A stretch of DNA of 64,000 nucleotides from an uncultured virus (IMG/VR IMGVR_UViG_3300032180_000385) (IMGVR_UViG_3300032180_000385:62001-126000), one strand, 5' to 3'; counted from the first letter of the stretch, positions 19,621 to 29,747 are shown. Notes: a model not told the origin generated them from the letters alone. Made by a program: numbers and translations.

Positions 19621-21107
19621 GGCTTCTGCCAGATGCCTCGAATGACGTCTACATCATCGAGCACGACCCACCAGCTGTCCGGCGGCCTGGCAAGCAAGTT
19701 AACGCCGATGAGCACCGCTCCCCGCTTCATGTCCTCCTGCACCTTCCGCTCAAGCTGCGCCTGAAGCTCCCGGTCATGGAACGTCAGGTTGAGGAAGATG
19801 ATGTCCTGATCCCCGTACCCTTCGTAGCTAAGGGCATCACGACGGCGTACCCCGTCGAGGCCGAGCTTCCGCGCTTGATCGAGATACTCGGGTACTCGCT
19901 CGATGCCGGCTACCTCGAGACCAAAAATCTCCTGCGCGAGCAGCATCTTAGTACCGATCCCGCAGTTCCCGGTCATCACTACGTTCCCGCCGCGACGCAT
20001 AACCCAGAAGCCTGTCGGCACGGTAAAGCAGTAGGCCTTCCCGTCTTCGCTCGGCACCTTCAGGATATCCGTTTTCGGACGGCCTGCCATACCAACCATA
20101 GTGTTAGTATTGGCAAACACAGTGTAGTCAGTAGCATCCCCACGTCGATCTTCACGAAGTACCGCTCGGTACCCGCTGGCGGTCATCGCATACTGAATGA
20201 AGTCCGCTGATTCTCGGATACGCGTGCTAAATCGCCCGGCCCGTGATTCAGTTACACTGCCATCCCAGTGCAGGCATTCCTCTGAGATTACGCGAAGCTG
20301 CTCGGTCGAAGCAGGCCAGAACCCTTCATATGACTTCGTAGACCACGGCGGGATGAAACTGAAACGCACTGTTCGCGTATTGTCGAGTGATTCATGATAA
20401 GAAATTCCTGCTGCCGCAAGCAGTTCACGTGCACGTTCGATTTTTCGTGGCTTGCGAAACTTCAGAACCGCATTTTCAGGTCGCCGCAGATACCCGTCTG
20501 CGTTCACCATAACCTGAACCCTGATCTGTTCATCGGACAGCTCTACCTTGGTGCTGATCTGCGGGATAAACGTCGTCTGAAACTCGCCACTAACGCCTAG
20601 CGCTAGACGACCGTGCTCTGCTGCGAACTTTTCCGCCGTCCACACCGTAGGAACGCGACGCCTCTCTGCACCGGTGATCTTCCAGAACAGTACTCGGTGC
20701 TCTGCGGACAGACGCTGATTGATACCGTATTTGGTATGCAGGTCATAAAACTCATCGCATGACTTGACGATATAGCGCTCCGGCTGTACTAGCGCGCCCT
20801 CTCCAGTGTCCGGATCGTACTGCATCACCGGGCCGCCATCGTAGTCGACGATCCTGCACCAACCTGTCGGCGACAGGTACTCGCTGTCCGCATCAACGCA
20901 ACCGACCTCGAAGAAAACATCACCAGAAGCTTCCGGCAGTGCCTCAGCGAGCAAGGAGATGAACTCAGGTACCGAGAACGGCATCCACGGCAGGCTGTCC
21001 GGCTTCTCACGTCCGGCCGGATTGGTCATCCACTCGCGGTCCAGCTTTGCGACCGTGCGAAGCGTGTCAGCGATGTTCTTTGCGATGTGCTTACTGTTCG
21101 CGCTCAC
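19617..21107 (-). CDS. class I SAM-dependent methyltransferase containing an intein
   Basis: After splicing motif I reads FFEVG|CGIGTK; GIERVPEY; DALSY...DIIFLN. Confidence 0.75.
   Translation of the reverse strand: MSANSKHIAKNIADTLRTVAKLDREWMTNPAGREKPDSLPWMPFSVPEFISLLAEALPEASGDVFFEVGCVDADSEYLSPTGWCRIVDYDGGPVMQYDPDTGEGALVQPERYIVKSCDEFYDLHTKYGINQRLSAEHRVLFWKITGAERRRVPTVWTAEKFAAEHGRLALGVSGEFQTTFIPQISTKVELSDEQIRVQVMVNADGYLRRPENAVLKFRKPRKIERARELLAAAGISYHESLDNTRTVRFSFIPPWSTKSYEGFWPASTEQLRVISEECLHWDGSVTESRAGRFSTRIRESADFIQYAMTASGYRAVLREDRRGDATDYTVFANTNTMVGMAGRPKTDILKVPSEDGKAYCFTVPTGFWVMRRGGNVVMTGNCGIGTKMLLAQEIFGLEVAGIERVPEYLDQARKLGLDGVRRRDALSYEGYGDQDIIFLNLTFHDRELQAQLERKVQEDMKRGAVLIGVNLLARPPDSWWVVLDDVDVIRGIWQKP
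19965..20900 (-). mobile_element. intein with LAGLIDADG-like endonuclease (312 aa)
   Basis: CVDADSEYLSPTGW...SAEHRV...VNADG...HWDG...VMTGN followed by Cys. Confidence 0.85.
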
Positions 21108-21274
21108 GCGCTGTCCTCCGGCTCGTAGTCGTTGTCGATCTTCAGCGGCAAGACCGCGTCCGGGAGTTCCGGCAGCTCCTCGCCTGGCCTAGCGTTGCTC
21201 CAGTCGGGCTTGTCACCACCGCGGTGCTCCTCGGGCGGCAGCTTCGGCTTCTTGACTTCCCTTGTCTCTTCCAC
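21104..21274 (-). CDS. small acidic/proline-rich protein (not in the ORF track)
   Basis: GGAGG RBS, GTG start, VEETREVKKPKLPPEEH...EPEDSA*, GTGA overlap with the next gene. Confidence 0.5.
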   Translation of the reverse strand: MEETREVKKPKLPPEEHRGGDKPDWSNARPGEELPELPDAVLPLKIDNDYEPEDSA

Positions 21275-21298
21275 GGTTTCCTCCGCTCCTGCTGGTGC

Positions 21299-21336
21299 CG
21301 GTCCGCTGCAGCGGCAACCTACGCTGCAGCGGACCG
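21299..21336. terminator. perfect 15-bp GC-rich hairpin after the GT4 gene
   Basis: cggtccgctgcagcg-N8-cgctgcagcggaccg; no U-tract. Confidence 0.45.
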
Positions 21337-21349
21337 AACTGCTGCCACC

Positions 21350-22423
21350 CTACGTCAGACCCCGTACCTGCGGAAAGAGGTTCTGATACGCATCGCGCCA
21401 TCGGGTCCAGTTTTTCTCGATCGTCCAGCTTCGAGCATCATCGCGGGCAGCCTCACCCAGCTTCAGGCGAAGGTTTTCGTCAGAAGCCAAAATGCTGAGA
21501 TACTTGAGCCACTCATGTTCATAGCGAACGAGGAATCCGTTCTCACCATGCCGGATAAAACCACTGTAAACCGGACAGTCAGTAGCGATCGACGGAATGC
21601 CGCGAGCTGCCGCCTCCAAAACCTTAATATTGCTCTTAGACAGATCGAATTCGGTAACGGCGAGCGGTGCGAGATTGATGTCGAAGTCAAGCGTCGCGTA
21701 ATAGCCTTCAGGGTCCTCGTACACCGGAACCCAGGGGCGGAACTTTGCCCGGTTCCCGACCTTGAAGGTTGGCCGGTAGTCAGTACCGCCGAGATGGAAA
21801 TCCCAGCCTGAAAATCGCTTCAGGAACCTGCGGACTGAACTGGTGATCAGGCTGACATCGATACCGTGACTGGCGCCTCCCTGCCAGCCGATGGACGGGC
21901 GCGACCTGACTCGGGGCGTTTCCGCTGAGCCTGTAACCTGACTGGGCGGTACCGTATCCAGCAGCCAAGCGGGGATGCAATTTGGCAGCACGGCGATGTT
22001 CTCGTTCCCGGTATGCTCATGGATAACCCGAGCCAGCTGATCGGTGGTCACGGTAACCAGGTCGGAAACTTCGGCCATGTGCGTCACAGCATCCTGGACA
22101 TCTCCCCGCTGGTAGAGGCTGTAAGCCTGGAAGTTGATCGGCGAGATGCTGAACACGTCGTCGTCGGTCTCATAGACGAGCCGTGATTGCGGGGTCCGAG
22201 CGCGACGCCAGGTTTCCAGCCCACGGTGCGTATTAAAACGCTGTCCGATGATGATGTCAAAGCCCTGCATGTCCCGGAGCGTGACCGGCGTCCTGTTGCC
22301 CTTGTCGTCGCTGGCCGACCGGAAGGTTACCTCATGACCGTGCTTTTCGAGCTGACGCAAAGGCAATTCAATCCGGTACCAGCAACATCCGCTTCCACCG
22401 TCATGACCTGCGAAGATCCTCAC
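21350..22423 (-). CDS. glycosyltransferase, GT-B fold (GT4-like)
   Basis: YETDDD, IGWQGGASH, DINLAPL...KSNIKVLEAAARGIPSIATD...NGFLV. Confidence 0.85.
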   Translation of the reverse strand: MRIFAGHDGGSGCCWYRIELPLRQLEKHGHEVTFRSASDDKGNRTPVTLRDMQGFDIIIGQRFNTHRGLETWRRARTPQSRLVYETDDDVFSISPINFQAYSLYQRGDVQDAVTHMAEVSDLVTVTTDQLARVIHEHTGNENIAVLPNCIPAWLLDTVPPSQVTGSAETPRVRSRPSIGWQGGASHGIDVSLITSSVRRFLKRFSGWDFHLGGTDYRPTFKVGNRAKFRPWVPVYEDPEGYYATLDFDINLAPLAVTEFDLSKSNIKVLEAAARGIPSIATDCPVYSGFIRHGENGFLVRYEHEWLKYLSILASDENLRLKLGEAARDDARSWTIEKNWTRWRDAYQNLFPQVRGLT

Positions 22424-22435
22424 TGTGCTCCCTCC

Positions 22436-22654
22436 TTACCGCTGTACTGACCCTGTTGACCAGATGCCCTGCTCGTAGTGCGTTTTCATCCGGTGGTAGA
22501 GAGCGTCCAGCTCAGCGCGGGTCATCACGAGAAGCTGACAGCGCAGTTCCTCGTCCGGCTCATCCTCTCGTTCGATGAAGATGCTCGCCTCTACCCAGTC
22601 GGTCTCCGCTTCGTTCAGCTCGCTTGCCTCAAGAGAAATCCGGGACTTACTCAC
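22436..22654 (-). CDS. hypothetical protein
   Basis: Small ORF between the relic junction and GT4. Confidence 0.45.
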   Translation of the reverse strand: MSKSRISLEASELNEAETDWVEASIFIEREDEPDEELRCQLLVMTRAELDALYHRMKTHYEQGIWSTGSVQR

Positions 22655-22780
22655 AGCTTTCCCTCCGCCTGCAGTCTCCGGGTCAGGCCAATTCTGTGCT
22701 CGACATCAAGCCGGACTCCGAACCTGGCGATGAACACCGGATTGGCAGTTATCACCGTCATGACCTGCGAAGATCTTCAC
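22651..22780 (-). pseudogene. chimeric relic: copy of the GT4 5' end joined to a copy of the PLD 3' end
   Basis: GTGAAGATCTTCGCAGGTCATGACGGTG (cf. GT4 start), then ANPVFIARFGVRLDVEHRIGL (cf. PLD ANPVFLARFGARLDTEHRTGL). Confidence 0.7.
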
Positions 22781-22882
22781 CGCGCTGTCTCCTAACATAC
22801 GTAAGGCCGATACCATCGGGGTGATACCAGTCGCCAAACCACGCCGGAGCGCCAAGAAACCGAAGAAAGCACCAGAGATCCT

Positions 22883-23077
22883 TCACCTGAACACCCCTCT
22901 CCGCTTTGCCGTCATCCGTTCAGCCTGCGTTCCGAACAGGGTAACTCGCTGCGCGTGCGGGTGCTCACGGGAGACAGTTCCGGTCCTAGTCGTGCATTTA
23001 GTTCCAGCTCGGGCATGGCAATACGGGCAGGCTACTCCGCTTTCCACCAGGCGCCGTGCGTCCCTGAGCGTGCTCAC
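22883..23077 (-). CDS. small zinc-finger protein
   Basis: CPYCHARAGTKC...HPHAQR. Confidence 0.55.
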   Translation of the reverse strand: MSTLRDARRLVESGVACPYCHARAGTKCTTRTGTVSREHPHAQRVTLFGTQAERMTAKRRGVFR

Positions 23078-23697
23078 TTCTTCGCTGCCCTCGCCTGCTT
23101 TTTAGCCTGCCGTGATAGTCCGGTGCGGTGCTCCGTATCAAGCCGCGCGCCAAACCTGGCCAGGAACACCGGATTAGCGCTCACCAGCAATGTATTGTTT
23201 TGAGCCTTGTAGCCAGGAGCGGGCTTTACCGTCGGATCGAGACTGATGCCGGTTCCCTCACCGGACGCCGACCAGTTCGTTGAGCCCTCCCAGCCGAGAC
23301 CCTGCCCGACCAGTACCCCGCCCTTGGTATGGCTGATCTGACCCGTCGCGGACTCTGTGACTACGAACGAATTATAAAAACCCGGATCCGCTACCTCATC
23401 GGCTGCGAGGATAACCCTCTCATAACGACCCTGCGCCTGATAGCTGTCCAGAGTACCCTGAACGGACACGTTCGGATTCTTCAGCAAAGCCATGATGGCA
23501 TCGTTCAGCTCCCTGTCGTCATAGCCGAACATATCGATTTTCAGGCCCATTCTTTCATTAACAAGCAAATCGAGAAGAATGCCATGAACATCATCGCGGC
23601 CGACGAGAAACAGGTAATGATCACCGTAGCCGAGAGTCAAGACGCCTTCCGATGTATAACGGCCGAAACGAGCGAGTCGTGGGTCATCGTAAGTCAT
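23074..23697 (-). CDS. phospholipase D-like (single HxK motif) protein
   Basis: MFGYDD, ISHTKGGV...GSTNWS...QNN. Confidence 0.65.
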   Translation of the reverse strand: MTYDDPRLARFGRYTSEGVLTLGYGDHYLFLVGRDDVHGILLDLLVNERMGLKIDMFGYDDRELNDAIMALLKNPNVSVQGTLDSYQAQGRYERVILAADEVADPGFYNSFVVTESATGQISHTKGGVLVGQGLGWEGSTNWSASGEGTGISLDPTVKPAPGYKAQNNTLLVSANPVFLARFGARLDTEHRTGLSRQAKKQARAAKK

Positions 23698-24254
23698 GGC
23701 AAGAACCCCCAGGCTAGATGCCCGACCTGCCCCTGAACGCCTGTCACGTCGTCAGCTGCCTCCGTCACACCGAACCCCGGATGCCCAGTGGCGGCGCAGC
23801 GCCCGTAATCGTGATAAGCAATAAATCCGCCAGGCCGGATCAGCGGCAGTGTGAATGAAAGATCGGCTCGCACCGATTCCTCGCTATGATGAGCATCGAG
23901 GAACACGCCATCGAAAATAGGCGGATCGTGCCGCATTCTGGGCAGGGCATCCTCGAACCGCTCTTTCACCGGCGTAACGCGATCTGCTACCCCGTACCGG
24001 TGGATGGTGTTCCAGAAGATGTCCCAGGTGTCACCGCGGCCGGCCATGTCGTCACCCTGATGCCAGTCGACGGACACCACGTGATCCGCAACCGAAGCAA
24101 TCACCACCGTCGAGTAGCCATGGTAGGCACCCAGCTCCAGCACATACTTGTCCCGGCACAGTGCCGCCAGCGCGGTTGCCTCGGCCGGGGTAACAGCGGA
24201 GCTGACGTCGTACGGAAAAATGATCTGACGCTCGGGGCTATCTGTTTCGCTCAC
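23694..24254 (-). CDS. class I SAM methyltransferase (Methyltransf_24-like)
   Basis: VLELGAYHGYST, FDGVFLDAHH...LIRPGGFIAYHDY. Confidence 0.8.
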   Translation of the reverse strand: MSETDSPERQIIFPYDVSSAVTPAEATALAALCRDKYVLELGAYHGYSTVVIASVADHVVSVDWHQGDDMAGRGDTWDIFWNTIHRYGVADRVTPVKERFEDALPRMRHDPPIFDGVFLDAHHSEESVRADLSFTLPLIRPGGFIAYHDYGRCAATGHPGFGVTEAADDVTGVQGQVGHLAWGFLP

Positions 24255-24263
24255 TAGCTCATC

Positions 24264-24929
24264 CTAATCATTCCAGGCGCTCTTCCCTCTCGGTGCCCAG
24301 TGGCTGAGACCTCGCTCGGCGTGGTCATAGTACCAGCGCTGCTCATCGGTCGGATTTTCCAGATCCTCATACCAGGCAAGATGCTCGCCAATATAGGGAG
24401 GCCCGGTACGCAGCGCGCCATCCAGGTCGAACCCAGATCCTTCCCGGTACAGGGCGAGCGTGGTATCGATATCTGCCCGGTAGGCACCATCACCCAGTGG
24501 ATACTGCCAGAACTGAGTTTCGTGCCCGACGACCTGCTGCTTACGGGAGTAGTGATCTGGGAGGTTGTCGATGCGCAGCCCGAGTCCGGCCTTCGTTCGA
24601 TCCGGGTACTTATCCAGCAGGGAACCGAGATGCTGCGGCCAGTCCGGTGGGCAGTCGAGCGCAGGCACGACATCCGGATCAGTGACGATATATCGTTCGC
24701 TGCCGCGTGCCACGTTGAACGGCTCCCAGCCCCAGAGACCTCGCGGGTGGCCGCCGCCCCGGCGCAGAACCGTGATACCTCGTGCTTCCCAGGACCTAAG
24801 CAAGCTGAGCGCAGCAGGCCAGGTGCTGCCGTGATCAACGATGACAACTTCCAGCTGCGCGTCCATTAGTGCCTTCAGGCAGTACCGGGCATACGTTACC
24901 CGATCTCGGAAGATTACGAAGGCCTTCAA
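24264..24929 (-). CDS. glycosyltransferase, GT-A fold
   Basis: VIVDHGST, YIVTDPDV, DTTLALY, HLAWY. Confidence 0.75.
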   Translation of the reverse strand: MKAFVIFRDRVTYARYCLKALMDAQLEVVIVDHGSTWPAALSLLRSWEARGITVLRRGGGHPRGLWGWEPFNVARGSERYIVTDPDVVPALDCPPDWPQHLGSLLDKYPDRTKAGLGLRIDNLPDHYSRKQQVVGHETQFWQYPLGDGAYRADIDTTLALYREGSGFDLDGALRTGPPYIGEHLAWYEDLENPTDEQRWYYDHAERGLSHWAPRGKSAWND

Positions 24930-25276
24930 CCGCTCACGACTCCTGCTTCCGGCGCCCGGCGTCGGCGCCTCTTACGCGAAACTTCCGGCTCAACGACCAA
25001 CGCGACTTCTGGTTCCCGCGCAGCTTCCGGCACCTGCTCCGGCACCTCCATAACCGGCACAACTGCGGGCGTCTTATACCGCTGGCCGTCCAGGTAATAC
25101 GACTCGCTATAGCCGATGTGCTCCCGGGCAAGGATGGCCACCGGAGTCCAGGTACGCCCGCCGATCACTACTTCGGATGACTCACATCGATAACCGTCCT
25201 GACGGTGCACGATCGCAGCCGTAGCATCGATTAGCTGAACGCGCCGGTGATGCAGCTTGCAAGTGAGTCTCGTCAT
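24926..25276 (-). CDS. hypothetical protein
   Basis: Translationally coupled ORF. Confidence 0.45.
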   Translation of the reverse strand: MTRLTCKLHHRRVQLIDATAAIVHRQDGYRCESSEVVIGGRTWTPVAILAREHIGYSESYYLDGQRYKTPAVVPVMEVPEQVPEAAREPEVALVVEPEVSRKRRRRRAPEAGVVSG

Positions 25277-25932
25277 TGTTTACACAGCTTCCTTGATGGC
25301 CAGCCTGGCAGCAAGTCGAACGCTTTCGGCTTATTCTGGCCAACCCATTCCTCCGCCTGGTGACGGTACTCATTCTCCGGCGGCGGTAGTTCCCGAAGGT
25401 ATTGCGTTCTAGCCCACCAGTAATTACCACCGTACATCGGTACCGTGACCGGATAATCTGGCGGGTTGTGATGCTCTTCCGGGGTCAGCCAGTGGCAGCC
25501 GACAGTGTCATAATCGTGCAGCAGAGCCGCGCACGCCCGCCAGTTGCTGACGACATGCCTAGTCATCGACCGGCGCCAGATCGCGTTCCACTCCGAATCG
25601 TCATGAGCGCCCTTAGTGTGCGCGTACAGCACAGGGAAATTACCCGGAATATTATGGATATCGCAGTGAAGCTTCGAGAGGGTAAGCTGCTCAAATCCCT
25701 CATCTGCTTCAACCCACACCTCCGGAATTGGCACGCCGTTGCTCCCGAACCGCATCACGATATGGTTTTTAGCCCGCTCCCGGTCTTCCGGATACCCGAC
25801 CAGGCCGACAACCGTTTCACCCTCGAATCCGGATTTCCCGAGAGCCTCGGCATGCTCGCGAACCGGAGTCGACCAGGCTCCAGAAGCGTAAACATGGTAG
25901 AAGTGGCGAATGTAAGAACTGATGTAACTCAC
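25273..25932 (-). CDS. putative glycosyltransferase-associated protein
   Basis: FEQLTL, VLYAHTKG, YGGNYWWAR..YL, RHQAEEWVG; motif set seen in phage glycan clusters. Confidence 0.55.
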   Translation of the reverse strand: MSYISSYIRHFYHVYASGAWSTPVREHAEALGKSGFEGETVVGLVGYPEDRERAKNHIVMRFGSNGVPIPEVWVEADEGFEQLTLSKLHCDIHNIPGNFPVLYAHTKGAHDDSEWNAIWRRSMTRHVVSNWRACAALLHDYDTVGCHWLTPEEHHNPPDYPVTVPMYGGNYWWARTQYLRELPPPENEYRHQAEEWVGQNKPKAFDLLPGWPSRKLCKQ

Positions 25933-26579
25933 GTTTGTTCCTTCTCCCGCCAGCGGTAAGCACTCGGCCAGGAATCGCAGGTGATCTCGCTGACCCGTAC
26001 GTACGGCACTTCTTCGTTCAGCCAGAGCAGCACCATGTCCCAGTCTTCCCAGCAGCTGCCTGGCTCGCTCCATGTCCCCCGCTCCAGAGTCTCCCGACGG
26101 TGCATGATCATCGGCGTACCGACATTTCCGGCGGAAATCTGACCATGACCGACCTCGTGCACACCATGCGGAGCGTGACTGGCTAGCAGGGACACCGCGA
26201 ATCCGGCCTTCGGGTTCTCGTCCAGCGCGCGAGCCAGCACCTCGCAGTGCTGCGGCCGGAGCGTGTCGTCGTCGTCACAGTAGGCGATGTACTCGCCGCT
26301 GGCGTATTCTAGGCCGTGCAGCCTAGCCGGGGCGCCCCAGTGCTTATCCTCGGTATGCTCCGGCAGCTCAAAATACCAAAGCTGCTGCCCCCGACGGAAA
26401 CGAAGTGCCAACGGGGTGTTTTCTATGCGCTTCCGCAACTCCGGATCCGGGCCATCGCTGATGATGATATGCTCGACTGCTGGATATGTCTGTGCCTGTA
26501 CACTCGGAATACACCTGCTCACCAGTAGCTCGTGCCGTTTCCAGGTTGGGGTGATCACCGAAATCAGGGGCGTGCTCAT
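25929..26579 (-). CDS. glycosyltransferase family 2
   Basis: ISVITPT...SVQAQTY..EHIIISDG...GEYIAYCDDDD...EDWD. Confidence 0.9.
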   Translation of the reverse strand: MSTPLISVITPTWKRHELLVSRCIPSVQAQTYPAVEHIIISDGPDPELRKRIENTPLALRFRRGQQLWYFELPEHTEDKHWGAPARLHGLEYASGEYIAYCDDDDTLRPQHCEVLARALDENPKAGFAVSLLASHAPHGVHEVGHGQISAGNVGTPMIMHRRETLERGTWSEPGSCWEDWDMVLLWLNEEVPYVRVSEITCDSWPSAYRWREKEQT

Positions 26580-26734
26580 TGTCTCCTCGCTGGTGGGTAG
26601 AGGGCGATCCAGATCAGAACAAGCATGACAACCGTCCAGCCCCAGTAGCCCGGTATGCCAAGGATGCCCAACGCAATAATCACCGCTATCCCAGCTAGCA
26701 GTCCGGTAATGTGAACGGCTGTTCTCCGGGTCAT
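26576..26734 (-). CDS. small two-TM membrane protein
   Basis: MTRRTAVHITGLLAGIAVIIALGILG...WTVVMLVLIWIALY. Confidence 0.5.
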   Translation of the reverse strand: MTRRTAVHITGLLAGIAVIIALGILGIPGYWGWTVVMLVLIWIALYPPARRQ

Positions 26735-26822
26735 CGCAGTAGCACCTGGGCAGCCACGAGAATCAGCGCCAAGGTGCAGGCCCATGCACCAAAAGCATAA
26801 TAAAAAGCACGTAGGGCAAGCC

Positions 26823-27452
26823 TCATGACGGCCACGGTTCCGTCCATTCCCCTCTCGTAACCTTTCGCAGCGCCTCATAATACAGCGCCCGATCGTAATT
26901 GGTCCGTGCTTCCTCCGACCCCATGCCCGCCCCGCGTTTATGCATCGCCCAGTGATGGTTAAATGAGTACTTGTTGCACATCTTCGGCGGAAATCCAGCC
27001 TGCCGTCCCCTATCGCTGAAAAAATCATCAGAGTAATAATGCGACAAAAGCAGCGGACTTATTTTCTCCCACTGCTGACGGCTGCAGAACGGAATAACAG
27101 TAATACCAGTATCGATGCCGTCCGGGAACTCGGAACTGGCATATGGCCGCGACTGAAGTATTCCCAGGTGAACGTTCAGTACCCGCGGAGCCGGCAGGAA
27201 TCCACGGTCAGTCAGCTCGATTGCCGCGAGATCCCAGCCGTCCATGGGCTCCAAATCATCACATGTCAGGTGAATGTAGTCGCCTTTCGCCTTATCCGCA
27301 CCGGCCTGCCAGGCCTTACCGCATGTCGAATGATCATACTCGGTAATGATCTCGTTCGGAGTGCTGGTGCGATCGCGGTAGGCGTTCAGGCAGCGCTCAT
27401 AGTGATCTTCGCGGCCGGGAATCGTCGGAATGATGATCGAGAGCAGGGTCAC
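26823..27452 (-). CDS. glycosyltransferase family 2
   Basis: LSIIIPT, AKGDYIHLTCDD, YYSDD. Confidence 0.8.
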   Translation of the reverse strand: MTLLSIIIPTIPGREDHYERCLNAYRDRTSTPNEIITEYDHSTCGKAWQAGADKAKGDYIHLTCDDLEPMDGWDLAAIELTDRGFLPAPRVLNVHLGILQSRPYASSEFPDGIDTGITVIPFCSRQQWEKISPLLLSHYYSDDFFSDRGRQAGFPPKMCNKYSFNHHWAMHKRGAGMGSEEARTNYDRALYYEALRKVTRGEWTEPWPS

Positions 27453-27640
27453 GGGAACTCCGATTTCATTGTCCGCAACGCCTCAATCAAAGCATCGAGA
27501 TCTTCACGATCTATGCTTATAGCTTCATAACCCTCATCGCGGATAACTATATCAACATCCCGGCCTTCGACATAGATACGCTCTGAGCCATCTTCCGCTA
27601 CTCCGATCCGCTTAACGGTCACCCCTCCACCTCCACGAAG

Positions 27641-27943
27641 CTAGACCGCCGTCAGTAGTATGTAAAGATTCAAAGCACCAGAATACGTATTCTTCACGTA
27701 TACAGGGTCGCGATCTGTAATGAATGAATACGAATTAGTGCCGACAGGCGTTCCTTCTGCATTCGGAATAGCGAACGACAGCGACGTTCCTGTGGAATCT
27801 TGCGACAGAACATTTTCTCCAGTAATACCTCCCGTGTCCCCGCTGTGCAGGCTCACCGTGCAGCGTATTGGGCTGATACCGAGAGCCGTGAACACCTCGA
27901 CAACAGCTCCTCCTGCGACAGTTACTGTAGCTGCATAAATCAT
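27641..27943 (-). CDS. hypothetical beta-rich protein
   Basis: AGGAGG RBS before the ATG. Confidence 0.45.
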   Translation of the reverse strand: MIYAATVTVAGGAVVEVFTALGISPIRCTVSLHSGDTGGITGENVLSQDSTGTSLSFAIPNAEGTPVGTNSYSFITDRDPVYVKNTYSGALNLYILLTAV

Positions 27944-27969
27944 GACTACCCCTCCTGCGATTTTCTTGA

Positions 27970-28806
27970 TTAACTAATCCTACCCTCAAATGACTGTTCT
28001 GTCATTGAGAGCCTTTCATCGAGAAGCGACATAGCATAAATATCATACTCGTCTAGATCAAAATCAAAGATACTAATATTCTCCTGAAGCCGTTCAAATG
28101 TACCTGTCTTCGGAATCACCGAATTACCAAGCTGCAAACTCCAACGCAGTACTATTTGTGCTGGGGACCGCCCATACTTGCTCGCAATAGAAACTAGTAT
28201 CGGCGAATCAAGATTCTTTCTTCCCCGACCAAGCGGACCCCATGCCTGGGTAATAATATCAAACCTATTATGAAAAGTTCGTTGCGCAGCCTGGGGACAC
28301 CAAGGATTTAGCTGTATCTGATTCACGGAAGGCGGAGTAGAAGCATAACTAAGAAGACAGGTAAGATCATCAAACTTAAAGTTAGAAACACCGATACTCC
28401 GGCATCTGCCATCATTCAGAAGCCGTTCAAACGCCCGCCACGCTCCCTTGGTCAACGCTACCTCCATCCTGGGCCAGTGCATCAAGTAGAGATCAATCAC
28501 GTCAAAGCCAAGACGTATCATACTGGCATCGAATGCCCGAAGCGTAGAATCGTACCCGTCCGCAGCCCATACCTTACTCGTAACAAATAGCTCATCACGA
28601 GGAAGTCCCGATTCAGCAACAGCCCGACCTATTCCCGCCTCATTGCGATACTGATCGCTCGTGTCGAACATTCGGTATCCGATATTTATAGCCTCGCCAA
28701 CTATAAGTTGAGCCTGATCATCGGACAATTTCCACGTACCTAGTCCAAAATTTGGCATAGCCCTACCAGAGTTAAGTTGGACTGTCGGAACCACCGTTAC
28801 TGTCAT
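27970..28806 (-). CDS. aldo/keto reductase (DkgA-like family)
   Basis: LNSG..MP.FGLGTW, GYR.FDT...Y.NE..IG, DLYLMHWP, IGVSNF, PAQIVLRW...VIPKT. Confidence 0.9.
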   Translation of the reverse strand: MTVTVVPTVQLNSGRAMPNFGLGTWKLSDDQAQLIVGEAINIGYRMFDTSDQYRNEAGIGRAVAESGLPRDELFVTSKVWAADGYDSTLRAFDASMIRLGFDVIDLYLMHWPRMEVALTKGAWRAFERLLNDGRCRSIGVSNFKFDDLTCLLSYASTPPSVNQIQLNPWCPQAAQRTFHNRFDIITQAWGPLGRGRKNLDSPILVSIASKYGRSPAQIVLRWSLQLGNSVIPKTGTFERLQENISIFDFDLDEYDIYAMSLLDERLSMTEQSFEGRIS

Positions 28807-29747
28807 CCCAGCCACGTGCCTTCACTATCAAATCTTGACACGTAACCTAGCGTCTCCTTCATTCCATCGTCCAGGCTTTTCTCCGGTCGCCATCCCATCT
28901 TCCACAGCCGGTCACTATCAAGCATCTTACGCAGCGTAATCTGACTATCCGGGAGAATCTCAGTCAGCGACGATCTACAGCCTGGAACGAGGGCCATGCA
29001 CCGACTGGCCAGCTCCCCCGTAGTGATATGCTGGTCATTCCGGTTAACGTTCCATACCCCAGATAGTCCTGATTCTACAATCAAGGCCAGTCCTCGGCAA
29101 GTATCACCCACATACGTAAAACAGCGCATACAACCCTTATGAACGATAATTGGCAGACCATGATGCGCCTGCCAGAGCATAGTATGCAAAGCGTTGTACC
29201 CGATAACCCCCGTGCGCCCGGAAAAACGCGGCACCGTACCAGGCAGCGGCAGAACAGCGGCTGGACCGTAGGGCATGTTCAATCGAGTAATCATCAGCCC
29301 ATCGGGGGCATACAACCGACACGCTTCTTCTCCCCACTTCTTGGACAACCCATACATATTCAGCGGCTCTAGCGGCATGGACGTCAGAATATCTCCCCGC
29401 TGATCAGTGGTTTTACCATACACCTCAGACGATGACATAAACATGAGCCTAGCCCCCGTCTCCGCAGTATCCCGAGCTAGCTCAGCAGTCAGTCCAACAT
29501 TAGCCTTCACCGTAAGCTGCAGATTCTTTTCACCCCACACACGCCCGTACAAAGCAGCAAGATGAATCACAACATCTGGACGCGCGTAAGCCAGCCAGCT
29601 TCGCCGAGCATCATCATCATGCAAATCAAACAGCATATCCGCCCCCGCTTGAATATCCTGCCCGAACACCTCGTGACCGCGTTCAGCAAAAGTTTTCACT
29701 AGCCAGCCACCGATATATCCAGCCGCACCAGTTATCGCGATCCTCAT
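28803..29747 (-). CDS. NAD-dependent epimerase/dehydratase (extended SDR)
   Basis: ITGAAGYIG, IHLAA, SSSEVYG, YGLSK. Confidence 0.9.
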   Translation of the reverse strand: MRIAITGAAGYIGGWLVKTFAERGHEVFGQDIQAGADMLFDLHDDDARRSWLAYARPDVVIHLAALYGRVWGEKNLQLTVKANVGLTAELARDTAETGARLMFMSSSEVYGKTTDQRGDILTSMPLEPLNMYGLSKKWGEEACRLYAPDGLMITRLNMPYGPAAVLPLPGTVPRFSGRTGVIGYNALHTMLWQAHHGLPIIVHKGCMRCFTYVGDTCRGLALIVESGLSGVWNVNRNDQHITTGELASRCMALVPGCRSSLTEILPDSQITLRKMLDSDRLWKMGWRPEKSLDDGMKETLGYVSRFDSEGTWLG

